Source: Lama glama (Eukaryota). Taken from it: DNA of 64,000 nucleotides. The translations under genes and the position numbers were made by a program. Shown here piece by piece: positions 49,901 through 63,759 of the stretch (the stretch's first letter is position 1; every line of letters begins with the position of its first letter). The DNA is taken from assembly GCA_028534125.1 (NCBI GenBank), contig CM052817.1, positions 76,200,001 through 76,264,000 of the forward strand. Direction: 5' to 3'. The notes under the pieces were generated by a model that was not told the origin of the DNA, searched no databases, and was given only the letters and a program-made list of their open reading frames with translations.

Positions 49901-52525
49901 ACAGACCAGTTACTAGTGAGGAGATTAAAGGAGTAATCAAAAACTTCCAACAAACAGAAGTCCAGGACCAGACAGCTTCAGTGATGCAGTCTATCAAATA
50001 TTCAAAGAATTCATGTTGATGCTTCTCAAAATCTTCCCCCCCCAAAAAAAGAAGAGAACTCTTCAAAACAGATTTTATGCAGCCAGCATTACCCTGATAC
50101 CAAAATCAGACAAGAATGCCACAAAAGAAAATTACAGGCCAATATCCATGATGAACAGACACAAAAATTCTCAACAAAATATTAGCAAACCAAATTCAGC
50201 AATACATAAAAAGAATTATAGACCATGATCAAGTGGGGTTTATTCCAGGAATTCAAGGGTGGTTCATCATCCATAAATCAGTCAGTGTAATAAATCATAT
50301 TAAGAAGACAGGAAATAAACATCATATGATCAATCGATGCAGAAAAAGCATCTGACAAAATTCAACATATATTTATGATAAAACTCTCAATAAAGTGGGT
50401 ATAGAGGAACATACTTCAACATAATAAGGGCCGTATATGACAAGTCCACAGCTAACATCATACTTACCTGTGAAAAGCTGAAAGCTTTTCCTCTAAGATC
50501 AGGAATAAGACAAGATGCCCACTATCACCATTTTCATTCAACATAGTATTGGAAGTCCTAGACACAGCAATTGGATAAGAAAAAGAGATAAAAAGGCAAC
50601 CAAATTGAAAAGGAATAAGTAAAACATTCACTATTTCCAGATGCCGTGATACTATATATAGAAAACCATACAGACTCCACCAAAAAAATATTGCAGCTAA
50701 TAAATGAATTCAGTAAAGTTGCATGATATAAAATCAATAAACATAAACGTATTGCATTTCTATACACTAATAACAAGCTTTATGAAAGAGAAATTTAAAA
50801 AAAAATCCCATTTACAATTGAATCAAAAAGAATAAACTACCTAGGAATAAATTTAAACACAAAGCTGAAAGGCCTGTTCCCCTAAGACTAGAAGACTTTG
50901 ATGAAAGAAACTGATGAAGACACACATAATTGGAAAGGTAGTCCCTTCTCGTGGGTTGGAAAATTATTACTGTTAAAATGTCCATGCTACCCAAAGCAAT
51001 ATACAGATTCAGTTCAATCCCTATGAAAATACCAGTGTCAGTTTTCACAGAAATAGAAGAAACATTCCTAAAATTTGTATGGGACTAAAAATGATTCTGA
51101 ACAGTCAAAGCAATCTTAAGAAAAATGAAAAAGCTGGAAGCTTCATGGTCTCTGAGTTCTAACTATATTACAAAGCTTTAGTAATTAAAACAGTATAGTA
51201 TTAGCATTAAAACAGGTTCATAGATCAATGGGATAGAATAGACAGCCCAGAAATAAACCCACATAAATGGTCCATTAACTTATGACAAAGGAGCCAAGAG
51301 TATATAATGGAGAAAGGACAATCAATAAATAATGTTCAATAAATGACATTCAGAAAACTGGACAACTACATGTAAAAGAATGAAACTACACCATTTTCTT
51401 ATACCATATGCAAAAATTAACTCCAAATTGATTACATACTTGAATGTAAGCCATGAAACTTTAAAAGTCCTTATAAGAAAACAAGCAGTAAGCTCCTTGA
51501 CATAGGTCTTGGTGATGATTTTTTGAATTTGATATCAAAAGCAAAAGAAACAAATATAAAAATAAACAATTTAGACTACAGTAAATGAAAAAGTCTCTGC
51601 AGCAAAGGAAACTCAAGAAAATGAAAAGGCAACCTACTGAATGGAAGAAAATATTTTCAAGTTATACATATGATAAGGGGCTAATATTTAAATATATAGT
51701 AAACTCATACATCTCAATAGCAAAAGAGCAAACAATTCAATTAAAAAAAAAAGCAGAGGTCTGAATAGATATTCTCCAAAGAAGACATACAGATGACCAA
51801 CTTGTACATAAAACATGCTCTACATTATTAATTATCAGGGAAATGCAAACAAAACAATGAGATATCATCTCACATCTGTTAGAATGGCTATTATCAAAAA
51901 GACGAGAAATAACAAGTGCTGTTAAAATGTGGAGAAAAGGGAGCCCTTTAGAACTGTTAGTGGGAATATAAATAGGTATAGACATTATGGAAAACAGTAT
52001 GGAGGCTCTTCAAATATATAAAGGTAGAACTGATGTATAATCCAGCAATTTCACTTCTGGGTATTTATCCAAAGAAAACACTAATTTGAAAAGATACATG
52101 CACCTCCAGGTTCATTGCAGCATTATTTACAAGAGCCAAAACATGAAAATAATTCAAATGTCAATCAATGGATGAATGGATAAAGAAAATGTGAGACACA
52201 CACACATGCACACATACATACACATAAAAACATACACACAATGGAATATTATTCAGCCATAAGAAATAAAATCATGTCCTTAGCAAAAACATGAAAGGAC
52301 CTCAAGGGTATTATTTTAAGTGAAATAAGTCATATGGAGAAAGACAAATACTGTATGATCTCTCCTATATGTAGAATCTAAAACAAACAAACCCAAATCA
52401 TATATACAAAAATGAGATTAGTTCTTGCCAAAGTTGGGGGAAGAGAATGAGAAACGGGTGAACTGTTTTTGTTTTTTGGTTTTCTGTTTTTAGTTTAAAC
52501 AAATTAACTTTAAAAATTTCTAAAT
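46941..52525 (+). mobile_element. Near-full-length decayed L1 with internal deletion of the ORF2 5' (endonuclease) region
   Basis: 5' UTR 46941-48200; ORF1 relic about 48201-49100; ORF2 resumes near 49745 (acaactgacaccacagaaata); RT motif FYAASITLIPK...ENYRPIS in ORF 50013; ORF2 end and short 3' UTR to about 52525. Confidence 0.92.
49515..49680 (+). mobile_element. Young L1 3'-end fragment nested in the older L1
   Basis: tttcttctgtatagcacagggaactatattcaa...tgacacattgtaactgactgtacttcaa plus A10 tail, interrupting the inter-ORF sequence. Confidence 0.88.
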
Positions 52526-55095
52526 TAAAGTGTTCTTAAAATATCTTTATTATTTAATTCCCCTGAATAATTTTGGTAGTGTTTCACATTTTGGTAATTT
52601 AAAAGCCTGATAATTCTAACTTTCATTTAAAACTTCTCAAACTTGATTAATCTAAATTTCAGCCAGCCTTTTCCCTTTCTTTATTTCCCACACTCTAATT
52701 AGTTTTCTCAGTGGCCTCTGGCCATGACCTACGCATTTACTCTCTGAGCTTTGGCTTATGCTATGCTATTTATCTGAGAGGAAATTCTCTTGATTACACA
52801 GACAGACTAATTAAACCATCCCCCTTTGAATTTCTACAGAACTCTTTTTATGTGCAACTAATTTGACACATAATCTACTGTCAGTACAACTGATTTTCTT
52901 TGTAAGTGTGTAAGATTTATTTTTAAATTAGATTTTAAATAAATCAGAGAGAGAAAGAAAATCTTAGAAGTTTACCCATATTAAATATACCATAGATTTT
53001 GTACAAACCAGAACTTATATTTTTCCATGAAAATCTCTTTTCTATACCCTTTATTACATACCTCAAAATTATTTCTTCCTTTTTACTAACATTCCTGTCT
53101 CTAGAAACCACTGATTTCTGAAAAGGGTTTCTCATGAGGAATGCTAAAAGTACAGATTAAACAGCTTTTACATACTTTCATCTTTCCAAATTAATAAGAA
53201 AAACCAAAACCAAAGCCTGAATATTAGAGCTCCAAATAATTGTTTTAAGCTTATGACCATCAAAATATTTGCTTCTCTTAAACATGATACTTTTCTTATA
53301 CTTCTTATTGCATATGGATTCTGAAAACTGCACCAGTTCTCCATCCTTCCCTGTTATTATGTGAATTACAACATCATTCTGCTTGAATCTAGGCTAACCC
53401 TGTGACTGTTGGCCCATGGAAGGCAGCAGGACTGACAGCATACCATTTGTCACCCAGGCCTCAACAGGCATTGCCGCTACCTTGTGAACAAGGCTGCTCT
53501 GGATGGCTAGAGGATGGGAGACTATGGGAAGCTAAACTGTGTCCTTCCAATCAGGCCATCACCAAATCAACCAAACCACAGGAAGCAGGTCAAACAGTAA
53601 AATGGACTGGGGAGCTCCTGCAAGGAGCAGTAGTATCTGGCAACATTTGTCCAGTGGGATTTCAGAATTGAGAGGAACTAGTGATAGCTGAGTATCTTAT
53701 ATTTGCCCTTTCAAATGTGACAGCCCAACAAAAGCCATAAGCACAATATTATGATAACAATCCATATTAGCAAGTCTTCTTTGTCATACAATTATTTTAA
53801 GATTACATTCATAAATTAGTTCCTGGCAGATGTCACTTGAACAGCTTTTGATACTTATTTCTTTATCTTATGTTTTTCCAAGGAATACAGTTCTATTTAT
53901 TCAATTCATCTTTATAACATGTGTTTTCCTACCTTCATCATTATATGTACCTCATTCTGGATACATGTGTCACTGTCTCTCTTAAACTACAATGCCCAGA
54001 ACATAAAGTCAGCCAGACATCCTCTGATAGGAGTACAAGTTCAAAGGAAACTATTTTATTTCCTTTTCTTTTTTCTTTTTTATACTCATGGCTTATTGAA
54101 TCTTTTCCACCTGAAAATTCATAATTAGGCCAAGGTTCTCATTGATCGTTATCTGCAATTGCTGTGCAAACAAACTAGAACAAGAGTTTCTATTCATCCA
54201 AGCACAGGCCCACTATTTTATTTTTGCACCAAGTTATAGACTGAATAAACCTTTAAACATTTTGCCTATATACGCATATTCTTTTGCTTTTCTTGGTAGA
54301 AAAGGATGATAAAATAAATATGTTGGCTTTTAAAGTACTTAATGAGCACAGGGTCAAGACTGAGCCCTGAGTCACATCCCTGGAGACATCTGCAAATACC
54401 AACATTGATGTGTTTATTTATACAATTTGGATGTGGTTGCTGTAACAGATGTTAATTTATCTAACTCATTTGAGATCTTCACATTTCTACCTCCCAGACA
54501 AAATAATCTCTTGAAGAACTTTGCCAAACATCTGACAAAAATAGATATATGATGTTTATATTATGTTCCCAAATTTATAACCTAACAAACACTCTATTAT
54601 AAAAAGAATTAGATTAATTTCACAGGACTAATTTTTATTCATAGTAAACCTATAATTATAACTCATCACTAACCAATATATTGCCAATGGGTTCATAAAC
54701 ATTGGGTTAAACATGGCACCCGTATTTGTAAAAGGGAATCTCTATGGTCATCCAGACAATGAATGATCTATGCACAGTGTGACAAATGCTGCTAGTTACA
54801 TCCTAAAATGTACCCTCTTTTTTTAAACTATAACTAGACTCCTTTTACAACCTCCTTTGCAATTAATCATTGTCATATGACTGAGTCTTAATCTATGAAA
54901 TGGGAGCAGATGTGACATCCACTATGTAAGAGCACAGTCTTTAAGAGAATGTGTTTCTTTATTTCCTTCAGTTCTGGGTGGGGATGATGGGTGGGAAATA
55001 GGGCTCTTGGAATGACAGAGCCACATCACAGAGGCACCCTGCACCTGAGTCACCACACTGAGAACAATAATTTTCCTATGAGAAACATCTGCTTT

Positions 55096-55152
55096 TAGAG
55101 AGAGAGAGTTGAACAAAGTGTGTGTGTTTGTGTGTGTGTATGTGTGTGTGTC
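55096..55152. repeat. (GA)n and imperfect (GT)n microsatellites
   Basis: Directly visible. Confidence 0.85.
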
Positions 55153-55562
55153 TGTGGGTAAGAGGTTGGATCTCAAGTCATTATTTAATTTGAGGCTATT
55201 GTTACAGAAATGAAGTTAACCAAATAATACCATCTGAATCCTTTATATATCTTCTCTACCAAAAGATTTTGGCTCATGCTTAAGGAATTTATTGATCAAA
55301 CTCTTAATTCCTCTAATGGACACATTTAATTAATGCAAAGCCCAGAATATGAGAAAAAGAAAGTTCTTTGTTATTCTGAAATACATCCACATAGTGATTT
55401 TCTAAAATATTTTTTTTTCACAAGTCAACCCTTTATATAAAGTTATGCTTAGCTGCCTATGTAGTGTTCCAGGGTCTAGCCGAACAATGACTGAATGTTT
55501 AGGTATAAGGGAAGCAATGAGACCAGGTTCTGAACTCACATTGCACATTCTCCTCCAATTCC

Positions 55563-56006
55563 ATATATATGGGGGGGGGGAGGGAGAGAGAGAGAGAGAG
55601 AGAGAGACAGGGAGAAATTATTCTAAGGAATTGGCTCAAAATCTCAAGCTCTGCAGTTGGCAAGCTGGAGACCCAAGAGAGCTGATGGTGGAGTTTCAGT
55701 CTGAAAGCCATCAGGCTCAAGACTCAGGAAGAGCCAATGTTTTAGTTGAGTTTGAAGGCAGGAAAAAAAAAAAAAGATCAATGTCTCAGCTTGAAGGCAG
55801 TCAAGCAGAAGAATTTCCATCCTGTCAGGGGAGATTCACTCTTTTATTCTAGTCAGGTCTTCAACTGATAGCATGAAGCCCACCAACATTATGAAAAACA
55901 ATCTGCTTTATTCAGTGCATCAATTTTAATGTTAAAATCATCCAAAAACACCCTCACAGACACAGAATAATGTTTGACTGAACGTTGGGCACTCTGGCCA
56001 ATCACA
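55563..56006 (-). mobile_element. ERVL LTR (MLT2B-like) with G-run/(GA)n microsatellite
   Basis: taaggaattggctca...gcaagctggagaccca...ggaagagccaatgtt...cttcaactga...aatctgcttta...aaacaccctcacagacac. Confidence 0.88.
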
Positions 56007-56604
56007 ATATGTATGGTATGAGACATAGGGATAACTCAGAGACATTGGAAATTCAGCTCCAGATCACCATAATAAAGTGAACATCACAATAAAGTGAGTC
56101 ACACACATTTTCTGGTTTCCTAGTGTATATAAAAGTTATGTTCATATTATAGTCCATTATGTGTCCAATAGCATTATGTCTAAAAAACAATATACTTAAT
56201 TAAACATATTTTATTGCTAAGAAGTGCTAACCATCATTTGAGCCTTCAGCAAGTCATAATCCTTCTACTGGCAGAAGGTTTTGCCTTGATGTTGAGGGCT
56301 GCTGACTGATCAGGGTGTTGCTTGCTGAAGTTTGGGATACCACAATAATTTCTTAAAACAAGACAACAACAAAGTATACTGCACTGACTCACTCTTTCAT
56401 GAACGATTTCTTTGAAGCATGTGATGCTGTTTGATAGCATTTTACTCACAGTAAAACTTTCAAAATTGGAGTCAGTTCTCTCAAAATCGGCTGCTGCTTT
56501 ATCAACCAAGTTTATGTTATTTTCTAAATCTTCTGTTGTTGTTTTAACAGTAGTCAAAGTGTCTTCACCAGGAGTAGATTCCACCTCAAGAAACCACTTT
56601 CTTT

Positions 56605-56683
56605 CTTTTTTTTTTTTATACACCAGAGATTGACACATTGTAATTGACTGTATTCAATAAAAATTTTAAAAACTAATTAAAAA
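56605..56683 (+). mobile_element. Very short L1 3'-end insertion with 5' poly(T)
   Basis: T12 at 56606-56617, then tacaccagagattgacacattgtaattgactgt plus A-rich tail; TSD aagaaaccacttt at 56588-56600 and 56684-56696. Confidence 0.85.
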
Positions 56684-57036
56684 AAAGAAACCACTTTTCT
56701 TATCCATAAGAAGAAACTCCTTATCCATGAAGCTTTTATCATGAAATTGCAGCAATTCAATCACATCTTCAGTGTCTACTTTTATTTCTAGTTCTTGTGC
56801 TATTTCCACCACAACTGCAGTTAAAATACAAACACTAAAGAGCACTAATCACTGATCATCATAGCAAATATAATAATAATGAAAAAAGTTTGAAATGTTG
56901 TGAGAATTGCCAAAATGTGTTGCAGAGACATGAAGTAAGCACATTTTGTTGGAAAATGGTCCCAACAGACTTGCTCAGTACTTGGTTACCACGACCTTCA
57001 ATTTGGGGGAAAAAAAAACACCACCACATTATTGTA

Positions 57037-57639
57037 AGGAACCCTAATTCTAAAAGAACCCCAATGCTTATAGCAGCACTATTTACAATAGCCAGGACAC
57101 AGAAATAGCCTAAATGTCCATCAACAGATGACTGGATAAAGAAGATGTGGTACATTTATACAATGGAATACTACTCAGCCATAAAAACCGACAACATAAT
57201 GCCATTTGCAGCAACATGGATGCTCCTGGAGAATGTCATTCTAAGTGAAGTAAGCCAGAAAGAGAAAGAAAAATACCATGTGACATTACTTATATGTGGA
57301 ATCTAAAAAAAATAAGAGAAGAAGATAAATTAATTTAAATATAAAACAGAAACAGACTCATAGACATAGAATACAAACTTGTGGTTGCCAGAGGGGAGCG
57401 GAAGGGACAGATTGGGAGTTTGAGATTTGTAGATACTGACAGGTATACATAGAATAGATAAACAAGGCTATACTGTATAGCACAGGGAAATATATACAAG
57501 ACCTTGTAGTGCTCATGGTGAAAAAGAATATGAAAATGAATATATGAATATTCATGCATGACTGAAAAATTGTGCTGTACAACAGAAATTGACACAACAT
57601 TGTAAACTGACCATAACTCAATTTAAAAAAGAAGAAAAT
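57037..57639 (+). mobile_element. Young 5'-truncated L1 nested in Tigger1
   Basis: ORF2 end plus 3' UTR; shares tgctcctggagaatgtcattctaagtgaag with the 25405 element; TSD acattattg at 57026-57034 and 57640-57648. Confidence 0.92.
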
Positions 57640-59719
57640 ACATTATTGCAAAGTACAATAAACTGAAGCCCAGTTAAATGAAATGTGCCTGTATCTAATT
57701 TATAGGGTTAGCTTGAAGGTAAGGTGGAAGAAGATACTAAGTGCTAGAGAATGAAAGCTTAAGATTTAAATGACTGTTTTTTCTTTCTGTTAAAATATTC
57801 TTAACATCAGCTACATGTACACACAAAAAAATTGTTAATCTTGCTTTCTTTGATCATATCATTGCCACAATTGTTTAATAGAGCAAGATTAGGAAAGAAG
57901 AATAGGATACTTTATAAATATGAATCTATTCCGATTGATAGTGGTTATATCACCTTTTATTAAATCAATCATTAATCATCTATGTCTAAACCAACATAAA
58001 AATGAGTAGATTAAAATCATCACATTTGCCTGCTCTCAGTGTTCTGGTAACTTTTACTTTTTTTTCATATTGCTTGGTGATTATTTGCCATGGTCAAACA
58101 ATTAATTTGCCGTTACTTTCGGTATAATGAAATGTAATTATTCTTAGCCAGGAGACTTGAATTTATAAAGAGAAGGTAGAGTTATCTTACAATCACTTAT
58201 TTCATCTTAGATGCGATTCATTCTTAGTAAAGGTTCTGATATCCTCTTCAATTCAAAGAATCTTCTTTTCTAGGAAAAACTGAAGCAAATAGAAGCTGGT
58301 GGATTCTGCCACTGCAATATTATCCATAAACATTACGCTATCAGCGTCAAGCAGTGATCCAACTATTCTTTCATCATTTAATTTTTTTATACATTTAAAA
58401 AGCAAGCATTGCAATTATCAGCAATTATTTAAGCTCATATAATAAAATCTGCTCTATTGAGGCTTTTGATCTTCTGATATTATTCTTAAAATTCTGTGCA
58501 ATTCTGAAATTCTTCATATGCTTTAAGTTCCTTATTTGCATCTTGGGTAAATATCTTCTCACCCTTTAATTTCCTCCGAACTCAGGTGCAGCTGCACTCA
58601 CTTTTAAATTACACCTCCATTTCTTTTTTCCACACTAAAGTCATATATTACCACACAGAGAGATGTACTTCTAAAAAATTTTAGTGCTATCTAGACTGCT
58701 TGAGATATTGTCCATTTCAGAGGTATGAAATAAATCACTTGTGTTTGAATTTTTTAAAGCCTGTTTTCCTAAACTCTAGGGTCCGTGAGTAATTATGGTC
58801 TGTCTTCATTTGCATAGCTATCATAAATGTGAAGATGCCGTGATTTTGATTACTCTCTCCCCAGGTGACCATCAGTCCCTTTTCACCAACTAGTCTTTCT
58901 TGTTTATTCCTTGAGATTCCTTGAAAAATATTTTCACCAAAAAGAGACATTTTAGTTTCCCTATTAGAATTAAAGAGTTTTAAATTAACATTATAGAAAG
59001 TATGACCTTATCCTAATCTTCAGAAAATTCATGATTGTCATTAAGCAAGTTAAAATTTAAAATAAACCCGTGACTTCCATAATGACTGGAAGACCTTTGT
59101 GCTAATATTCAGTATTAGGAACACTGCTGTAGTCATACGTGCTACTCTCAGAAAAAGTAAAACTTTTAGTGACATAAGGAATTAGATTATTTAGTTTTAG
59201 CCAAACAGGATCTCTCAAGCAATCACAGTGGCTTGCCTTGGAGTCAGTCTTGTAATCTATTTTAGGGAAATATTAGCCATATCCTCTTAAAGGCTCAGTT
59301 ATTCTAAGTCTACATCCATGATAAAATTACTTACTTTCATCTCTTCATTGAATCTTTCCTAAAAATTGAATCAACTATGGGGAGTAATTGAGACAGATAA
59401 TATAAATAAACTACCCTCACATAGAACTCTGATACTTTTTACTGTACTTTATGCTTGGATTCGGGATATAATTTTAACTAAGTATCTCCTTGATATTCTC
59501 TGCTGCTCCCATCACACTTTCTGTTGCAACTGTTTAACTGTTGTTGTTTTTAACAGAGCTTGAGAGCAGTATCTCTGCTCTTTATCCATTCAATATACAT
59601 ACATGAGGAGTATGTTTAAATGTTTTACAAAAGAAAGAGATCAAATTTTGGACACTACTGGTTTAGATATCACTATAAAAAAAGTGTTGACAGAGGAAGC
59701 ACTTTTCAAAAAAAAAGTG

Positions 59720-60600
59720 TATCACCCTGACCTCTGTGATGCATCTGCAGTTTGAACAGTTTTGTCACCCTTCTCATAAAGTCGATTCAACACATCCCTG
59801 CCTCCTGAAGCTTTCTCCATTATTTGTAATTCTTGACCATTCCCTCTTTCTTGAAACTCCCTTCTTGATTCTGTAAGTTTACAATGTCCAATTTTCTTCC
59901 TGCATTTATTTTATTTTTTCACGTTACTGTCTTCCTTTAGTGATCCCTTACATTTTCTGCTCCTAAATCCTTGTACTTGGCATTTATTCTTGTTATAAGT
60001 CTCTTCCTTGGTGTCCTCATCCACAAGAGGGCTTTAAGTATCATGTAAATGCCGATGACTCTCAGAGCAGGATCTCTGACCAAACCATCTCTGTTGAGTA
60101 CCATACCTAAAGTTCAAATCACACACAAAGCAACTCCTCATAGGTATCTCAAAGCAAGGTATTTATGATATGATCTTGTCCTCCTTTTTCCCTTATCTCC
60201 GTGAATGGGCTCACTCAGCCAGTATCACTCTTAGTCTCTCTCAACTCACTCATCCTCTACTTTCAATCAGCCACAAGGAGTTACACAATTTACATTCTCA
60301 ATATTTCTTATGTGCATTCTCTTCCCTCATTTTCATGGGCCATTACCCTAGTTTAGGATTTGGCAGTTCTACCTGAGCAACTGGAATACCTTCCTAACAA
60401 ATTTCACGACCATTCTTATTTTCCTCTCCACTCTCCACAGCCAGGGGGATCTTCCCACAACGTGTATTGGCAAAGCCATTTCTCCATTCGCAGTTCTTCA
60501 GTGGATTCCTATAGGCTGAAATGCCTTAACATGGAGCCAAAGGTGTTTCATGATCTGGCAGGAACCAACTTTTATAGTGTCGTCCCCTGACAATTCTTCA
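59720..60600 (+). mobile_element. L2 relic (RT region toward 3' end)
   Basis: tatcatgtaaatgccgatgactctcag translates YHVNADDSQ, a decayed YADD RT motif; tgaccattccctctttcttgaaact and ctccacagccagggggatctt are L2-like. Confidence 0.7.
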
Positions 60601-61722
60601 GGAATTTCCTCTTTCTTATTGATATAAAATGCTAGAATTTTTGGAATTTCCCTAGAAAGGTCTGCTATAGGGAAGGCATGTTATCCTGCACTCCTCTTCC
60701 TGCTTTGTATCTACTGCCTGTCCCACAACATACGCACGCATTTCCTGGAAAGCCAAACAAGCTTTCTACTGCACGTGTGTATGTGCATGTGTACAAGAGA
60801 ATGCGTGTGTTATCCACTTAGGTGGTATTTCTCTTATTCGAGTCATAGCTACGCACATACTTCCTTGTGCGTACCTCTCTCATTTGTGGCCCTCAACCAC
60901 ATATTCAAGATTATTTCTATCATATTTTTAGTACTCTGAGGCTAGACTCTCCTCATGTTTTTGTTCTCCAGGAAAGTCAAACATAAAGCAAGAGACCATA
61001 AACATGGATTGTTGGAAATGATAAGTAAAATTACAGAGAATAAAAATTAGTATCTCAAGATTCATCACAATACATCATATCTAAATATTTTCTGCAATTA
61101 GGTAAATAAGGTATTGTTTTATTCCCTTGTCACAGAAATAAACCACCAGAAATGATGGTGATGCCTGGTAGAAGTTCTTTGCTCGTTGCCTTCATAACCA
61201 TTGACACGTGGGGCTTCTGGTTACAGTAATAGTCACAGACAGTTAAAAAGTGTATTTCACTGAAGTTGTGTTTGAAATCATTGGTCTATGTCACCTCTCT
61301 ATTCCTTCCCTGTCAGACCATCCTTTCTCCTTCCTGTATCAGCCCACGTTGCTAACGGGGAGAATCCTGCCTTCGTTCATCTATCTCAGTTCCTCATCTG
61401 GCCTCCCCTCTTCTGAGTATCCTCCATCACACAACACAAATCTTCCCTTTGATGCTGCAACTCGTAAAACCCTCATTTACTCCCATTGTTTCGGCAGATT
61501 CTATTTGGAGCCCTCAGTTTGAATAATATTTGCTGCTAACAACAGTCTCAGAGCATGACATTTTCCAATGAAATCCTGGTCTGGAAACAAGCTAAGAATT
61601 TTCCTAGATCTACACTTTCCTTCCAGACAATAGCCTTTGTTGTTGTTGCTGTTGGTCATTGTGAAATCGTTTTCTTGGAGATTCCTACCACACGGCAGGC
61701 GGTGTTTTCACCATAGCCTACT

Positions 61723-62080
61723 GTGACAGAGAATGCTGGTGTTTGCCAGTATTCGTATTTCTCCTCTTCTCTCTATGCACACAGCTCACCTCCACTTCCC
61801 AGCTCTCTTGCAAGTGCCTTGTGCCGTGCGAGTTCCGGCCAAAGGAGAGTGAACCTGAAACGTACAGCTTCCAGGGCTGGTCTGTGGAACCGCCCCCTCT
61901 CCCCCTTCCCTCGCCTCCCAGCCAGATGAGGTGGATCTTGCCGAGGGCCCCAGGGCATGGACAAACCCTGGGTACCTCTACCACCCTGCCACATACTCAT
62001 TTGCACTGCACTGTGAATGGAAAAGAGAACTTTCTTGTTTTAACGAGTGAATTTGAAGATATAAAGAATAGATATTGTTA
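61723..62080 (+). mobile_element. MaLR solo LTR (MLT1I/J-like)
   Basis: tgtgacagagaatgctgg...gcacacagct...cttcccagctctcttgca...gagttccggccaa...cttccagggctgg. Confidence 0.7.
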
Positions 62081-62478
62081 CTTTTCTTATTTAATAGATA
62101 CTTTAAATATTAGGCTGTAGTCCTTCATTCCAACAAGAATGTGATAGCTCATTCATTTAGTTTCTATTTCCACAATTTTCATTACCCGAGTAACTTTATT
62201 GCATTCTGAATTTCTTACTATTTTTAATGACTTTGATTTCACATCGTTTTGCTTCAATAAACGATTCTTGAGGCCAAAGGCAGGTTTTACAATCCTGTAA
62301 ACTGAACTACATCTAAAGCCCTCTCTCTAATAAGAAATGCTTATTGCCACTAAATATTTTTGTTCACTCACTTAGGTCTTTAAACTTATCAGTATTTTTT
62401 TTTTCATGTGATGCTTCTTGGCTTTACCTTCCGATGAACTTCATCATCAGGTTTGGTCATTTCTGGTCACTCTTACCA

Positions 62479-62736
62479 TTTTTTTTCTTTTTTATTGAAG
62501 TATATGGTTTACAATATTGTATTAATTTCTAGTGTGCAGTATAGTGATTCATTTATTCATATATATATTGCTTTTCATATTATTTTTCATTATAAGCCAT
62601 TACAAGGTATTGAATATTGTTCCCTGTGTTGTACATTAGGACCTTGTTATTTATCTATTTTGTATAAAGTAGTTAGTATCTGCAAATCCCGAACTCCCAA
62701 TTTATCCCTCCCCACCCCCTTTCCTCCTTCCACCTC
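62479..62736 (-). mobile_element. L1 3'-end insertion, antisense
   Basis: Poly(T) plus reverse-complement 3' UTR similar to the 27403 element; degenerate TSD ctggtcactctta / ctggtactctta. Confidence 0.88.
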
Positions 62737-63759
62737 CTGGTACTCTTATCTTTAATCCCCTATTCTCCTGCTTTCCTTCTGAACACATTCTCAACCTACA
62801 ACTCTCTAATCACAAACATTTTCCATCTTCTGAGCTGCTGAGCTGTCCTAGAGAAAAATCGCATAACTCTGCCAGGTGGGGCAGATTTATAGTTTCCAAT
62901 TTCAGTTGGGTCCCCAAAATTGCTTGCCAATCCTTTTACTCTCAGTTTAACAGCTCTGACCTATGTAATGGTGTGAGAACAGCTCTCCCTTCCACAGCAT
63001 CTTGTACTTATTCCTGGGCATCTCAGAGGAGCCTTTTGCACACACCCAGTAGTGGATTTATGAGCTGTAGTCCCCACACTGCATTACCCTAGTCCCCATC
63101 CTGCCTTAGCTTCCACTTGCCTACACCTGCTTCGCACACAATTGCTTATGGAAACCTGACCACTGCCAGTTACCATCCTGAAATGCCAGCATCCCTACTA
63201 GGATCGCTGTCACCCAATGCTCTGAGTGCCTCTCTTCCTTGGAGGGTCTGAGTGATGCAATGTTTATCCTGGTGGCAGAAAAAAAAGGGTTTCCTCTCAG
63301 CCTGCTATCCCATGTGGTCATCAGAACATAAAAGCAGCTGGGCTCCTGGCCAGAGACTTGCACAGTTTTCGTATGCAATCCTGGGAACCTGTGGCTCTCA
63401 CTTCTCTATCCGTTGTAGCCACTCAAGTTTCTTCCCTGGAGCCACCAAGGAAATAGACAGGTCATGATTTACCCTATATTCTCTCTTTTTCTCCTCCAGC
63501 TCTTCCTCCAACAAAAGTATCTTCTCTACTACTAGATGTAAAAGAGACAATTGCAGACAAACAGAAATGGATGTGCAGAGGTAAACTGATAGTGCCTATT
63601 TCACTTTGGATATAATGGGCCAAATATCTTTTGTTATCCTTTCTGTGCCCTCTCCCTTCACACCCTCCTACTGATTATAAATGAACAACATTCTATCCAA
63701 GCCTTCAAATCAGAATCATTTTGGATGTACAAACCTATAGGGAGAAAATAGTTTCTCCT

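Larger units (their letters stand above)
56026..57691 (-). mobile_element. Internally deleted Tigger1 (TcMar) derivative with two nested L1 insertions
   Basis: Degenerate termini (tagggataactcagaga... / ...aaatgtgcctg|ta); ORF 56246-56638 encodes the transposase C-terminus [14 protein letters not shown]...[18 protein letters not shown]. Confidence 0.9.

Noticed and set aside
56246..56638. Domesticated TIGD1-like gene
   Set aside because: Only the transposase C-terminus in a deleted Tigger1; the start codon comes from an inserted L1 fragment
61718..62120. Cluster of overlapping ORFs in a GC-richer patch
   Set aside because: Explained by an MLT1-type LTR; stop-poor because of GC content
63000..63500. 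Possible ancient LTR
   Set aside because: No identifiable termini, TSD or family similarity strong enough to call
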